Part shown: piece after piece, positions 18,612 to 28,661 of the stretch
How positions within the stretch are numbered: position 1 is the first letter of the stretch
Layout: every line of letters begins with the position of its first letter
Origin: Zymomonas mobilis subsp. mobilis ATCC 10988
Lineage (GTDB): Bacteria; Pseudomonadota; Alphaproteobacteria; Sphingomonadales; Sphingomonadaceae
Reading direction: 5' to 3'
Assembly (NCBI RefSeq): GCF_000175255.2
Contig: NC_017262.1
Coordinates: 420,001 to 452,000 of the forward strand
Length of the DNA: 32,000 nt
Position numbers and translations under genes: made by a program
The notes under the pieces: model-generated
What the model was told of the DNA's origin: nothing
What the model saw: only the letters and a program-made list of their open reading frames with translations
The model's database searches: none

Positions 18612-20830
18612 TTAATCTCTCCTGATGGAAAAGCCGACCATCGGCTTAATAAAAGCGAATTACTCACAACAGAAACAGAGCTCATTGCCATCGCAGCTCC
18701 AGCAATAACAGGGTTAAGAAAACCGAAAGCGGCTAATGGAATACCCAAAACATTATAGATAAAGGCAAAAAACAAATTCTGTTTCATTTTTTGCATGGTT
18801 GCTCTCGAAAGAGATATCGCAAGGGCGACTTCTTCAAGGTTGGATTTCATCAAAATGATATCTGCCGATTCAATTGCAATATCGGAACCGGCTCCAATGG
18901 CAAAACTGACATCAGCTACGGCTAAGGCCGGTGCATCATTGATACCGTCACCGACCATACCAACATAATGCCCTTGTTTCTTCAAGCTCTGAATTTCATT
19001 TGCTTTATCTTCCGGTAACAGACCTGCTTTGTAATGACGAATACCGACATTCTCGGCAATTTTTTGGGCAGTGACGTCATTATCACCCGTCAACATCGCC
19101 ACTTCGATACCTAAATCATGTAGTCTTTCAACAGCCTTTTTTGAAGTGGGTCTGACAGGATCAGCCAAGGCGATAGAGCCTAGATATTGGTTGTCGCGGG
19201 CGATATAAACAAAGCTGCTCTCTTTCTTATGCTCGTCTTGATGAAGCTGAGATAAAGCGGAATCTTGAATTTTTATACCGGATTCTTCTAGAAAGCGTAA
19301 AGAACCCATCCTGATTTTATGATGGTTCTTATCTGTTCCAGTAACTCCAAGACCCGCCTTTTCCAGTATATGGTCAGGCAGAAAAATGGTAATGTCTTTG
19401 TCTCGGCCAAAAGAAGCGATAGCTTGCGACAAAGGATGGGATGATTGACTGGCAAGAGAGGTCGCAACCGTTAAAAGATCCTCTTCTTTTATACCCGCGC
19501 TACAGGCCACTGTTGCAACCTCGGGTTTGCCTTCCGTAATTGTTCCTGTCTTATCAACCACCAAATAATTGATATTTTTAGCACGTTCTAAAGCATCGAC
19601 ATTGCGAATAAGGATGCCTTTTTTGGCGCCAGCCCCCGTTCCCACCATAATTGCCGTCGGGACCGCCAATCCCAAAGAACAAGGGCAAGCAATAACCAAG
19701 GTTGAAACAGCGGAAACCAAGGCAGAAGAAAAAGACCCTGTCAAAAGCCAGCTGACAGCTAAAGTCAGAAAAGCAATGACAATCACAACCGGAACAAAAA
19801 TACCGGCTATTTTGTCAGCCAGTTTTTGAATCGGCGCTTTTGACCCCTGAGCCTCTTCAACCATTCGGATAATACCTGCCAAGGCTGTATGCGCCCCAAC
19901 AGCGATGGCCTTTATCCTGACGGCGCCGCCCTTATTGATGCTAGCAGCAAAAACAGTATCACCGGCTTGTTTAACAACTGGCATCGCTTCGCCTGTTAGC
20001 ATGGCTTCATCGAAAGAGGATTCACCTGCTACAATCTGTCCATCGACAGGCACTCGCTCACCTGAACGAATAACAAGGATATTGCCTGTTTGTATTTGGC
20101 TAACAACGACATCCGAAATATGTCCATCTTCTTCTATATGGCCAATCGGTGGTTGCAATGACAATAAAGAGTGCATCGCGGAGCCTGCCCGATTTTTGGC
20201 CATATCTTCTAGCAAGCGCCCTAATAAAACGAGCGTAATAATCATGGCGCTGGCTTCAAAATAAATATGTAGATGCCTGAAGCCACCGAAAGTAACGATG
20301 CTACTATAAAGATAGGCCATACCCGTTCCTAAAACGACCAAAACATCCATATTGGCCGATCCAGAACGAAGCGATTTCCATGCTGCTTTAAAGAAAGAGG
20401 CACCCGCTATAAATTCAACAATAGTCGCCAAGCCCCATTGGATAAGACGTGGCATTTCAGACTCTGTTTTTGCCATCGAATGGTTAGGAAAAAACATCAT
20501 CACCATCTGAAGCAGAAAAGGTAGACTGCAAAAAAGGGCAAGTAGAAAATAATATAGGGTTTGTTTTCTCAGTTTCTGTTCTAGTAAACGCTGCTTTTCA
20601 CTATCAATTTTTTCAGATTCGATGGCACCATAACCAATTTTCTCAATTATTTTTATGATGTCACTTATCTGCGTTACACTCGGATCAAAAGTAACCTGCG
20701 CTTTTTCGGTCGCAAAATTGACCGAGGCTTCGACATCAGGAAGACGGTTTAGCCGTTTCTCAATACGGCTTGAACAAGCCGCACATTCCATACCTTTAAT
20801 AAATAAAGAAACCGTCTTTTTTGATGCCAT
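18608..20830 (-). CDS. copA: Copper-translocating P1B-type ATPase
   Basis: 740 aa ORF with one N-terminal HMA (GMECAACSSRIEKRL), the CPC motif (VIACPCSLGLAVPTAIMVG), phosphorylation site DKTGTITEGKP, and MVGDGINDAPALAVADVSFAIG. Confidence 0.95.
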   Translation of the reverse strand: MASKKTVSLFIKGMECAACSSRIEKRLNRLPDVEASVNFATEKAQVTFDPSVTQISDIIKIIEKIGYGAIESEKIDSEKQRLLEQKLRKQTLYYFLLALFCSLPFLLQMVMMFFPNHSMAKTESEMPRLIQWGLATIVEFIAGASFFKAAWKSLRSGSANMDVLVVLGTGMAYLYSSIVTFGGFRHLHIYFEASAMIITLVLLGRLLEDMAKNRAGSAMHSLLSLQPPIGHIEEDGHISDVVVSQIQTGNILVIRSGERVPVDGQIVAGESSFDEAMLTGEAMPVVKQAGDTVFAASINKGGAVRIKAIAVGAHTALAGIIRMVEEAQGSKAPIQKLADKIAGIFVPVVIVIAFLTLAVSWLLTGSFSSALVSAVSTLVIACPCSLGLAVPTAIMVGTGAGAKKGILIRNVDALERAKNINYLVVDKTGTITEGKPEVATVACSAGIKEEDLLTVATSLASQSSHPLSQAIASFGRDKDITIFLPDHILEKAGLGVTGTDKNHHKIRMGSLRFLEESGIKIQDSALSQLHQDEHKKESSFVYIARDNQYLGSIALADPVRPTSKKAVERLHDLGIEVAMLTGDNDVTAQKIAENVGIRHYKAGLLPEDKANEIQSLKKQGHYVGMVGDGINDAPALAVADVSFAIGAGSDIAIESADIILMKSNLEEVALAISLSRATMQKMKQNLFFAFIYNVLGIPLAAFGFLNPVIAGAAMAMSSVSVVSNSLLLSRWSAFPSGEIK

Positions 20831-21056
20831 ATGATGGGGATTCTTTCCGACCGATTTAACCGCAAGATATATCAGAGCTAACTCATCAGGTTAGAAATGG
20901 TGCCGTTCAGTCGGGTGAATTATAATTTATTTTCTTTATCAATGGTATTTTTAAGACTTGTTTTCTTCCAAAATAAAGTGATCCCCCTATATAGGGCATG
21001 GCTTAGCCTATAAGACCAAGCTGATTCTTTTAATATTTTTGTTGTAAGGATTGTTC

Positions 21057-21950
21057 ATGACTGAGGCAATAATTATTGATGGTAAAGAATTTTCGTCAAA
21101 TTTACGCAATAAAATTGCCGAAGATGTCAAAACATTCAAAAAAGAACGTAACGTCGTTCCTGGCTTGGCCGTTGTCCTAGTGGGCGAGGACCCAGCTAGC
21201 CGTATCTATGTACGTAAGAAAGAAGAAATGACCACAGCTGTCGGAATGAATTCCCTCAGCTATCGCCTTGATGCAAATGCCAGTCAGCAAGAATTGCTCG
21301 ATTTGATCGAAACACTCAACCATGACCCCGCTGTTCATGGCATTTTGGTTCAGCTGCCTTTACCTAAGCATATTGATACCCCAACTATTCTTGAAGCTAT
21401 TGATCCAGACAAAGATGTTGATGGCTTCCATGTCGTTAACGCAGGACGTTTGGCAATAGGCACGCCTAGTTTGGTGCCTTGCACACCTGCCGGTTGCATG
21501 ATGTTGCTCGAGCATAGCTTGGGGAGCCTAAAAGGCAAAAATGCTTTGGTGATTGGTCGATCAACGATTGTTGGCCGTCCGATGGCACAGCTTCTTTTAG
21601 CCGCCGATTGCACGGTAACCGTTGCGCATCGCCATACCAAAAATTTGGAAGAATTATGCCGACAGGCCGATATCGTTGTCGCTGCTGTCGGGATTCCTCA
21701 TTTTGTCAAAGCCTCATGGCTCAAACCCGGCGCCGTTGTGATCGATGTCGGTATCAATCGGGTTCCTGCTGAGGATGAGGCTGCCAAGGCTGCGGGGAAA
21801 ACGCGCATTGTCGGGGATGTTGATTTTGTCGAAGCTGCGAAGGTCGCTTCGGCCATCACTCCAGTCCCTGGGGGGGTTGGTCCCATGACTATTGCCTGCC
21901 TTCTTAATAATACGGTGCAGGCTGCACGGAATTTGACTTCTGCTTCTTAA
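21057..21950 (+). CDS. folD: Bifunctional methylenetetrahydrofolate dehydrogenase / methenyltetrahydrofolate cyclohydrolase
   Basis: ORF with [73 protein letters not shown] and [22 protein letters not shown] at 21057 with AAGGA upstream is preferred over the track's TTG at 21051. Confidence 0.96.
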   Translation: MTEAIIIDGKEFSSNLRNKIAEDVKTFKKERNVVPGLAVVLVGEDPASRIYVRKKEEMTTAVGMNSLSYRLDANASQQELLDLIETLNHDPAVHGILVQLPLPKHIDTPTILEAIDPDKDVDGFHVVNAGRLAIGTPSLVPCTPAGCMMLLEHSLGSLKGKNALVIGRSTIVGRPMAQLLLAADCTVTVAHRHTKNLEELCRQADIVVAAVGIPHFVKASWLKPGAVVIDVGINRVPAEDEAAKAAGKTRIVGDVDFVEAAKVASAITPVPGGVGPMTIACLLNNTVQAARNLTSAS

Positions 21951-21999
21951 AGGACAAAGACAAAGCATTTCATTGTCTTTACCAAGATTGGTTAAGTAT

Positions 22000-23100
22000 A
22001 TGTCTCAAACGAAAGAAACCTCTATTCTTACGATAGAACCCACTGACCATCCTACGCCCGCTGATAAACGCAAGGCAATGATGGCTAATCCTGGCTTCGG
22101 CACGACCTTTTCTGATCATATGGTTGTGATTCACTATTCCGAAGAAAAAGGATGGCATAACGGACGGGTTATGGCTCGCCAGCCGTTACCACTCGATCCG
22201 GCCGCTTCAGTGTTGCATTACGCGCAGGAAATTTTCGAAGGGATGAAGGCCTATCGCAGTCCCGAAAATGAAATTTTGCTGTTCCGGCCCGAAGAAAATG
22301 CCCGTCGTTTCCGCCATTCAGCAGAAGTTATGGCGATGGAACCCATTCCAGAAGAAATCTTTCTGGATGCCGTGCATAAGCTGGTCGATATTGATCGTGA
22401 CTGGGTGCCTGATGGTGAAGTAGGTAGCCTCTATATTCGTCCTTTCCAAATTGCCAGCCAGCCTTTCCTTGGGGTGAAACCTGCCAAAGAATATATTTTC
22501 GCGATTATCGCTTGTACGGTTGGCTCTTATTTCAAGGATGCAACCAAAGGTGTGCCGATTTGGGTCTCCGAAAATCATGTTCGGGCGGTTCCTGGTGGCA
22601 CTGGTACGGCCAAATGTGGCGGTAATTATGCAGCCAGTCTGACAGCTCAAGCCGAAGGCTACGCCCATGGTTGTGCACAGGTTGTCTTCTTGGATGCCAT
22701 CGAACGCCGTTGGATCGAAGAACTTGGTGGGATGAATGTCTTTTTTGTCATGAATGACAAAACATTGATCACCCCTCCACTGAAAGGCACGATTCTCCAC
22801 GGAATTACCAGGAAGTCGATCATCGCATTAGCCCGCGACAAAGGATATACCGTTCTGGAACAGCCCTATAGCCTTGATCAATGGCGTGAAGATGCCAAAT
22901 CTGGCAAATTGCTGGAAGCCTTTGCCTGTGGGACAGCCGCGGTTATTACTTCTATCGGTAAAGTGTGCGACACACATGGCGATTTTGAGATTGGTGAAAA
23001 TGGCGCTAATAATCCAGTAGCCAATGAACTGAGAGAATCTCTGATTAACTTGCAGTATGGACGCGCAGAAGATCCTTATGGCTGGGTCAAACGCGTTTAA
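22000..23100 (+). CDS. ilvE: Branched-chain amino acid aminotransferase
   Basis: ORF with ASVLHYAQEIFEGMKAYRSPENEILLFRPEENARRF, YIRPFQIASQPFLGVKP, GGTGTAKCGGNYAASL and FACGTAAVITSIG. ATG at 22000 is preferred over the TTG track start at 21973. Confidence 0.95.
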   Translation: MSQTKETSILTIEPTDHPTPADKRKAMMANPGFGTTFSDHMVVIHYSEEKGWHNGRVMARQPLPLDPAASVLHYAQEIFEGMKAYRSPENEILLFRPEENARRFRHSAEVMAMEPIPEEIFLDAVHKLVDIDRDWVPDGEVGSLYIRPFQIASQPFLGVKPAKEYIFAIIACTVGSYFKDATKGVPIWVSENHVRAVPGGTGTAKCGGNYAASLTAQAEGYAHGCAQVVFLDAIERRWIEELGGMNVFFVMNDKTLITPPLKGTILHGITRKSIIALARDKGYTVLEQPYSLDQWREDAKSGKLLEAFACGTAAVITSIGKVCDTHGDFEIGENGANNPVANELRESLINLQYGRAEDPYGWVKRV

Positions 23101-23110
23101 TTTTCTTTAA

Positions 23111-23139
23111 AAAAGAGCCCCTTTTTAGGGGCTCTTTTT
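23111..23139. terminator. Bidirectional intrinsic terminator between ilvE and the DUF885 gene
   Basis: AAAAGAGCCCC-TTTTTA-GGGGCTCTTTTT, an 11-bp stem with A/T tracts on both sides, between convergent genes. Confidence 0.95.
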
Positions 23140-23148
23140 CTATGTCTG

Positions 23149-25029
23149 CTAACCTTTACTGCGGGCAATATAACGATTGATCACATCCCCCAAAACAGGC
23201 AAAGGTACACCGCCTGTTTTGACAATGGCATCATTAAAAGAAGCCAAATCAAAAGCCGAGCCCAATTGATCTTTTGCCTTTTGGCGTAACCTCAAAATTT
23301 CGAGCTGTCCCATTTTGTAGCCACAGGCCTGTCCTGGGCTAGAACAATAACGATCAACTTCGCTGGTCGCGGCATCCACTACATAACCACATTCATCAAT
23401 CAAATAGCGGATAGCCTGATCACGCGACCACCCCATAGAATGCAATCCGGTATCGATCACCAGACGACATGCTCTAAATTGCTGATCTAAAAGATAACCA
23501 ATCCTTCCGACTGGATCATTGGTATAAAGCCCTAATTCATCTACCAGCTTTTCGGCATAGAGCGCCCATCCTTCAACAAAGGCATTAAAGCCCATCATGG
23601 AAGAGATAAGAGGAATTTCACTATGATGTTCTGCCAGATAGGCGCCTTGCCAACTATGACCGGGGATACCTTCATGGGCAGTCAGAGTTGTCAAAGAATA
23701 GCGCGGCCATAAGTTCGTTGATGCCAGATTAATGTAATAAATAGCTGGTCGGCTGCCATCCAAGGCCGGAAAATTCATATAGCCTAAAGGGGCACCTTTT
23801 TCGACATCGGGTGGAACTCTTTTGACCAGAATTGGGGCTTTCATCCCCAAATGTGACAATTTAGGAAGCAAAGGCCGAATAGCCGCCAGTCTTCCATTGA
23901 GATAATCTAGAATTTCAGCTCGACCTGCATCATTATCAGGATAGATAAAACGCTGATCTTTGCTTAACGCCTGTAATCTTTGTCCAACACTTCCTTGGGT
24001 AAAGCCTTGTGATTTAAGCAAGCCATCCATTTCGGCTTTCAGAATTTCATTCTGTTCAAGACCGATTTTATGAATATCCGACGCAGATGTCGTCAACGTC
24101 GTGCCTAATCTTAAAGCCCAATGATAATAAGCTTCCCCATCAGGTAAACGTGAAACGGATGGATTATTTCCGGCCTTAGGCAGAATTTTTGAGAATTCTG
24201 CCAATTCAATATCCAAAGCAGGATAAAGGCTATCTTTTACAATTTTGGCCGCTTTATCCGAAAAACTACCTTGGATACCGGCTTTTTTCGCGCGAACATC
24301 TAAATTTTGAACAAAACTTTGTTCTTCAGCCTTGATAGCCCGAAAATCCTGCATTTGTGCGAAGGCTTTTTGGGCAATAAAATTAGGTGGGATAACGCCA
24401 ATAGAGGCCTCTCTTTTGAGTTCCTCAGTTTCCTCTTTAATTTGTCGAGAAAAAGCCTGCAATCGTAAAAGATAGGCTTCAATATCTGCCTTATTCTCAA
24501 TCCGATGCTGAGAATTCAAGAAATCAGCCATCGAGGTAGTAACGCCATTTTGTTGGCTAAGGCTATAGGTTTCTGTTCCACCAGAAAAACCAGCAGCGGC
24601 ACCTCCGCCGTAAGAAAAGCCAAGACCGTCTAAACCACGATCCACAGCATAAGAAACTGTTTCATATTGTATTTGGTCTTTTTCATTCTTGAGACTGGCT
24701 TTCACCTTATCCAATCTCTGACGCATAGAGCGCATTTGACGAGACCATTCTGATAAACCCTTCTCGGAATTATCAGACAGTTTGGCTTCAAGTCCTGCCA
24801 GTTGCCCCTTATCAAGTCCTAAACTTGTCGCCATTTCTGGCGACAGAATTAAAATTTCATGGGCAAGCTCTGCCAACAGACCTGATAACGGTGAATTATC
24901 CGCTGCACTTACTATTTCTGGAATAATATTACTGATTCCTGCAACGGTCAGAACCGTGGCCGTTTTTTTTAGAATATTTCGTCTTTCCTGACTATCGGGT
25001 TTACCTATTCGTTGATTCCCCAAGATCAA
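23149..25029 (-). CDS. DUF885 domain-containing protein with probable Tat-like signal
   Basis: 626 aa ORF. N-terminus has ERRNILKKTATVLTVAG. Body contains LTAHEGIPGHSWQGAYLAEHHSEIP, FVEGWALYAEKLVDELG and QACGYKMGQLEILRLRQKAKDQLG, characteristic of DUF885 (HExxH-like HEGIPGH). Confidence 0.88.
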   Translation of the reverse strand: MILGNQRIGKPDSQERRNILKKTATVLTVAGISNIIPEIVSAADNSPLSGLLAELAHEILILSPEMATSLGLDKGQLAGLEAKLSDNSEKGLSEWSRQMRSMRQRLDKVKASLKNEKDQIQYETVSYAVDRGLDGLGFSYGGGAAAGFSGGTETYSLSQQNGVTTSMADFLNSQHRIENKADIEAYLLRLQAFSRQIKEETEELKREASIGVIPPNFIAQKAFAQMQDFRAIKAEEQSFVQNLDVRAKKAGIQGSFSDKAAKIVKDSLYPALDIELAEFSKILPKAGNNPSVSRLPDGEAYYHWALRLGTTLTTSASDIHKIGLEQNEILKAEMDGLLKSQGFTQGSVGQRLQALSKDQRFIYPDNDAGRAEILDYLNGRLAAIRPLLPKLSHLGMKAPILVKRVPPDVEKGAPLGYMNFPALDGSRPAIYYINLASTNLWPRYSLTTLTAHEGIPGHSWQGAYLAEHHSEIPLISSMMGFNAFVEGWALYAEKLVDELGLYTNDPVGRIGYLLDQQFRACRLVIDTGLHSMGWSRDQAIRYLIDECGYVVDAATSEVDRYCSSPGQACGYKMGQLEILRLRQKAKDQLGSAFDLASFNDAIVKTGGVPLPVLGDVINRYIARSKG

Positions 25030-25213
25030 TTCCCCCCTTAATCAAAGGCATGTTCCCAATTTAGGCCATGACTAAACTTTGTTACAAAGGAGAATAGTTT
25101 TTCTGATTATTCTAAGGGAAGCAAGACAAAATATTGACTAAAAATAGAATAATATTCTTGGAGCTGGATAGATATCTTCAGATTACAACCCAGCTCCGAT
25201 AACAAGCTAAAAA

Positions 25214-26482
25214 TTAATATGCTGCCGCTCTTGCAATAAGGAGCGGTGCAAATATCTGGTTAACAATATTCGCAGCCTTGATAGCACGTGTTAACTTCGC
25301 GCTGGAAATATAAAGGACATCTTTATCCCGCAAAGTAAATCTTTGCGCCATAAAATAACTAGCAGGATCAAGCATATTTAGCTGATAAACGACGGGTCTT
25401 TCCTTATTAGGCGCTGTCTCATCTGGGACAAAACGCATCAAAAAGACGGCTCTTGGGTCAGAAATATTATCATTTGGGCCACCGCCTCTCGCAAGCGCCT
25501 CAGCTAAGGAAACTTCAGGATTATTGAAGGCCATCTGCTCAACTCGACTACCTGCCCCGAAGACCTCAAATGTTCTTGGCCGTTTCACCAATTCAATCCG
25601 GTCACCTGGCAATAAGGCAAGATTGTCTGGGCTTTCAGGCGTGATATGGTCGAGACGCTGTTTAACGGTTTTCCCGCTTCGAGAAAAAATAACGACCGTA
25701 TCCGCTAAAAGCGATGCACGGGGTCCCCCGACATAAGAAACCGCATCCAGTAAGTGCTCCCGGTATAAAGTCAGCGGCATACGTGATGCTTTCGTCGCAT
25801 TATCACCACCGACATAAACCGTATTAGCAACATTTTCGAGAACAGAAACCATAGCCTGCGGTTTCTGTGACTGGGTGGCGAAGGCTTCTTCAATAAGATG
25901 CTGGATTTGAACAACCCGTAAACCAGCCACACGCAATCTACCCGCATAGGGTAACTTAATCGTTCCCATTGCATCAACAGCAACAATATCAAAATGTTCA
26001 GCGGAAGCGGATGGATCAACGCCCGTATAACCATAACGGTTACTATTACCGATAAAAAGCCGGGTGCCTGCCTCATAGATACTGATTCGAAGGACATCGC
26101 CTGGGCCGATAAGGTCAACGCGCCCTTCTGATGCTAAATCCCGTAATTTTAGATTCCGGCCAGTCTCGCTACCATTTTCCTTGGTATATCTTTCGGCAGC
26201 AGAAGAAAGCGAAATATTGTCATCTAGTATTTCGCTATTTTTGTCTGCTGCCAGCACCGCTTTCATTCCATTTGTAGGTTGGTTCAAGTCGATCACCGTG
26301 ATATCCAACGGGTTGCGCCCAGGTTTTGTCCTTTTCAAAAACTGATGGGCCGTCGGTCCGCTAGAAGGCAAAGAATTACAACCTGCCAATACAACAGGTA
26401 TAATAAGGCACCCCAATTGCGACAAGGATCGGGTGTATCTCGATAGAGATCGAGCAAAGGCTTGGCAAGAATTCATCATCAC
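25214..26482 (-). CDS. Outer-membrane polysaccharide export (OPX) protein, Wza/KpsD/CtrA-like lipoprotein
   Basis: 422 aa ORF with lipobox VVLAGC, GPGDVLRISIYEAG, GTIKLPYAGRLRVAGLRVVQIQHLIEEAF, VYVGGDNATKASRMPLT, SLAEALARGGGPNDNISDPRAVFLMRF, and DPASYFMAQRFTLRDKDVLYIS. Confidence 0.88.
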   Translation of the reverse strand: MMMNSCQAFARSLSRYTRSLSQLGCLIIPVVLAGCNSLPSSGPTAHQFLKRTKPGRNPLDITVIDLNQPTNGMKAVLAADKNSEILDDNISLSSAAERYTKENGSETGRNLKLRDLASEGRVDLIGPGDVLRISIYEAGTRLFIGNSNRYGYTGVDPSASAEHFDIVAVDAMGTIKLPYAGRLRVAGLRVVQIQHLIEEAFATQSQKPQAMVSVLENVANTVYVGGDNATKASRMPLTLYREHLLDAVSYVGGPRASLLADTVVIFSRSGKTVKQRLDHITPESPDNLALLPGDRIELVKRPRTFEVFGAGSRVEQMAFNNPEVSLAEALARGGGPNDNISDPRAVFLMRFVPDETAPNKERPVVYQLNMLDPASYFMAQRFTLRDKDVLYISSAKLTRAIKAANIVNQIFAPLLIARAAAY

Positions 26483-26710
26483 TAGGAGCTCATGCTATAT
26501 CTTTGGAAAAAAATAAAGCACAACTCCATCTTTTTGTGCGCAACCTTTAAAACGCTGTTCATTCTGCCTCTTTTATGAATGTTACGGTGGGATAATTACC
26601 CTATAGAAGAGCGTTGATACTGTTTCTATAAAGGAATGACCAGTTTTGACGCTTTGAATTGTCTCTTTAGAATAAATTATTAAAGCAATTCGGAATGGTT
26701 ATGGTAAAAA

Positions 26711-27370
26711 ATGATCAAATTTGAACATGTTACAAAAATATATAAAAATCAGAAATTTGAAAATACTGTATTCCGTGATCTGAACTTCACCTTAAAAAGA
26801 GGCCAAAGTATCGGTATATGCGGAGCCAATGGTGCGGGTAAGTCGACTTTGACCCGTTTGATTTCCGGGGTTGAGAAGCCAACTTTCGGGAAAATAACAC
26901 GCAAGATGTCGACCTCTTGGCCGATTGGCTATACTAGTGCTTTTCAGAGCAGTCTAACCGGCGCTGATAACTGCCGATTTATCGCGCGTGTCTATGGAAA
27001 AGATGTAGATGAATTATTAGCTTATGTTGAAGACTTTGCCCAATTAGGGCCTTTTTTTCGGCAACCGATCAAAACCTATTCAGCCGGTATGGTTGCTCGA
27101 CTAGCCTTTGGTGTATCCTTAGCAATTCATTTTGATTGCTATCTCGTCGACGAAGTCACCGGTGCCGGTGATGAAAGATTTCGTCATCGTTGTCACGAAG
27201 CGCTCATCGAACGTCGCGAGAATGGTACTTTAGTGATGATTTCTCATGATTTTAATACCTTGAGAGAATATTGCGATAGTGGTGCTGTCATGTATCAGAA
27301 ACAGCTTCATCTCTTTGATACCATTGATGAAGCGATTACATTTCATCAGGAAAAACAGAGCCAGTCTTAA
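26711..27370 (+). CDS. Capsule/polysaccharide export ABC transporter ATP-binding protein (KpsT/CtrD-like)
   Basis: 219 aa ORF with Walker A GANGAGKST, YSAGMVARLAFGVSLAIHFDCYLVDEVTGAGDERF and MISHDFNTLREYCDSG. Confidence 0.92.
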   Translation: MIKFEHVTKIYKNQKFENTVFRDLNFTLKRGQSIGICGANGAGKSTLTRLISGVEKPTFGKITRKMSTSWPIGYTSAFQSSLTGADNCRFIARVYGKDVDELLAYVEDFAQLGPFFRQPIKTYSAGMVARLAFGVSLAIHFDCYLVDEVTGAGDERFRHRCHEALIERRENGTLVMISHDFNTLREYCDSGAVMYQKQLHLFDTIDEAITFHQEKQSQS

Positions 27371-27387
27371 ACTCAAAGGATTATTTT

Positions 27388-28626
27388 ATGCAGCCAGATC
27401 GAGAGATCGTCCTTGATCTGTCACGTCTATTATCCCGCCTATTCCATGCTACACCTACCGGTGTTGACCGAGTGGAAATGGCCTATGCCCGCGCGTTATT
27501 ACGTCGAATTCCAGATCAGCTTTCTTTTGCAGCTATCAATATTTTTGGGCGATATGGACGGATTCCCAATGACAAAGCTTTGATTTTCCTCGATCACGTC
27601 GATAATTTATGGAATGGAAAAATCTCTATTCCCCCAAAAAGCATCGAGAAGTGGCAGTATATCAGTAAAATTTACGGTTTAATGTGGCCTCAATCTGTGC
27701 CCGAGAATAGTCGGTCGCTTCGTATTTTTCTACAATCCTCACCTCATCATTTGACCAATCAAAAACTGATGGCCTCTATTCTAAAAAAAGAAAAGGCTAA
27801 ATTTATCTGCTTGTTGCATGACCTTATTCCCATTAGTTATCCTGAATATGCCCGTCCTAATGGAGCTGATTTACATATAAAAAGAATGAATACAGTAGCT
27901 CAATTAGCAGATGGGGTTATTGCTAATTCTTACGATACTGAAAAAAAATTCCAAGATTTTCTTCAAAAATCAGAAAAAAACATACCTATAGTTACAGCCC
28001 ATTTAGGTGTAGATATTAGGCATAATTCTAAATTATCTAAAAATATTCACCCTTCTTTATTTGAAACGCTCAATATCAATGAAGAGCAACCAGTTTTTAT
28101 TTATATCAGCACGATAGAGCCTCGAAAAAATCATTTATTGCTTCTCAATATTTGGAGAAATCTTGTCACCCTTTATGGTGATAAAACACCCTATCTTGTT
28201 TTAGTGGGGCGACGTGGTTGGGAAAATGAAAATATCCTTGATATGCTTGATCGGTGTCCCGCTATGCAAAAACGGGTTTTCGAGTTTAGCCATCTCGGAG
28301 ATGATCAAATGCAGCTTTGGTTAAAGCAGTCACGCGCCTTACTCATGCCTTCTTTTGCAGAAGGCTATGGTCTTCCGATTGCAGAAGCGATTAGTTTAGG
28401 GGTTCCCGTTATTTGTAGCGATATAGCTGCGCATCGAGAAGTGGGGGGTATAGTCCCGGAATATATTGATCCCATTGATGGCTTAGGCTGGCAAAATGCT
28501 GTTATAGAATATAGCCGGTCCAATTCTGAACGAGTGGAAATACAAAAAAAAGCTATGCTGAAATGGCAGTTGCCAAGTTGGGATGCGCATATTACAGCCG
28601 TGCTTCAATTAGCAGATAAGCTCTAA
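27388..28626 (+). CDS. Glycosyltransferase, GT4-type
   Basis: 412 aa ORF with TPTGVDRVEMAYARAL, FIYISTIEPRKNHLLLLNIWRNL, LVLVGRRGWENENI and ALLMPSFAEGYGLPIAEAISLGVPVICSDIAAHREVGG. Confidence 0.9.
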   Translation: MQPDREIVLDLSRLLSRLFHATPTGVDRVEMAYARALLRRIPDQLSFAAINIFGRYGRIPNDKALIFLDHVDNLWNGKISIPPKSIEKWQYISKIYGLMWPQSVPENSRSLRIFLQSSPHHLTNQKLMASILKKEKAKFICLLHDLIPISYPEYARPNGADLHIKRMNTVAQLADGVIANSYDTEKKFQDFLQKSEKNIPIVTAHLGVDIRHNSKLSKNIHPSLFETLNINEEQPVFIYISTIEPRKNHLLLLNIWRNLVTLYGDKTPYLVLVGRRGWENENILDMLDRCPAMQKRVFEFSHLGDDQMQLWLKQSRALLMPSFAEGYGLPIAEAISLGVPVICSDIAAHREVGGIVPEYIDPIDGLGWQNAVIEYSRSNSERVEIQKKAMLKWQLPSWDAHITAVLQLADKL

Positions 28627-28661
28627 TAGATATTTATGCCGCTTTTGGTTTTTAACTAAAT

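Noticed and set aside
19569-20264. Plus-strand ORFs opposite copA
   Set aside because: They are shadow ORFs of the P-type ATPase coding sequence.
22318-22841. Minus-strand ORFs (160 aa and 60 aa) opposite ilvE
   Set aside because: They are antisense to a well-supported conserved enzyme, with no start-site or domain support.
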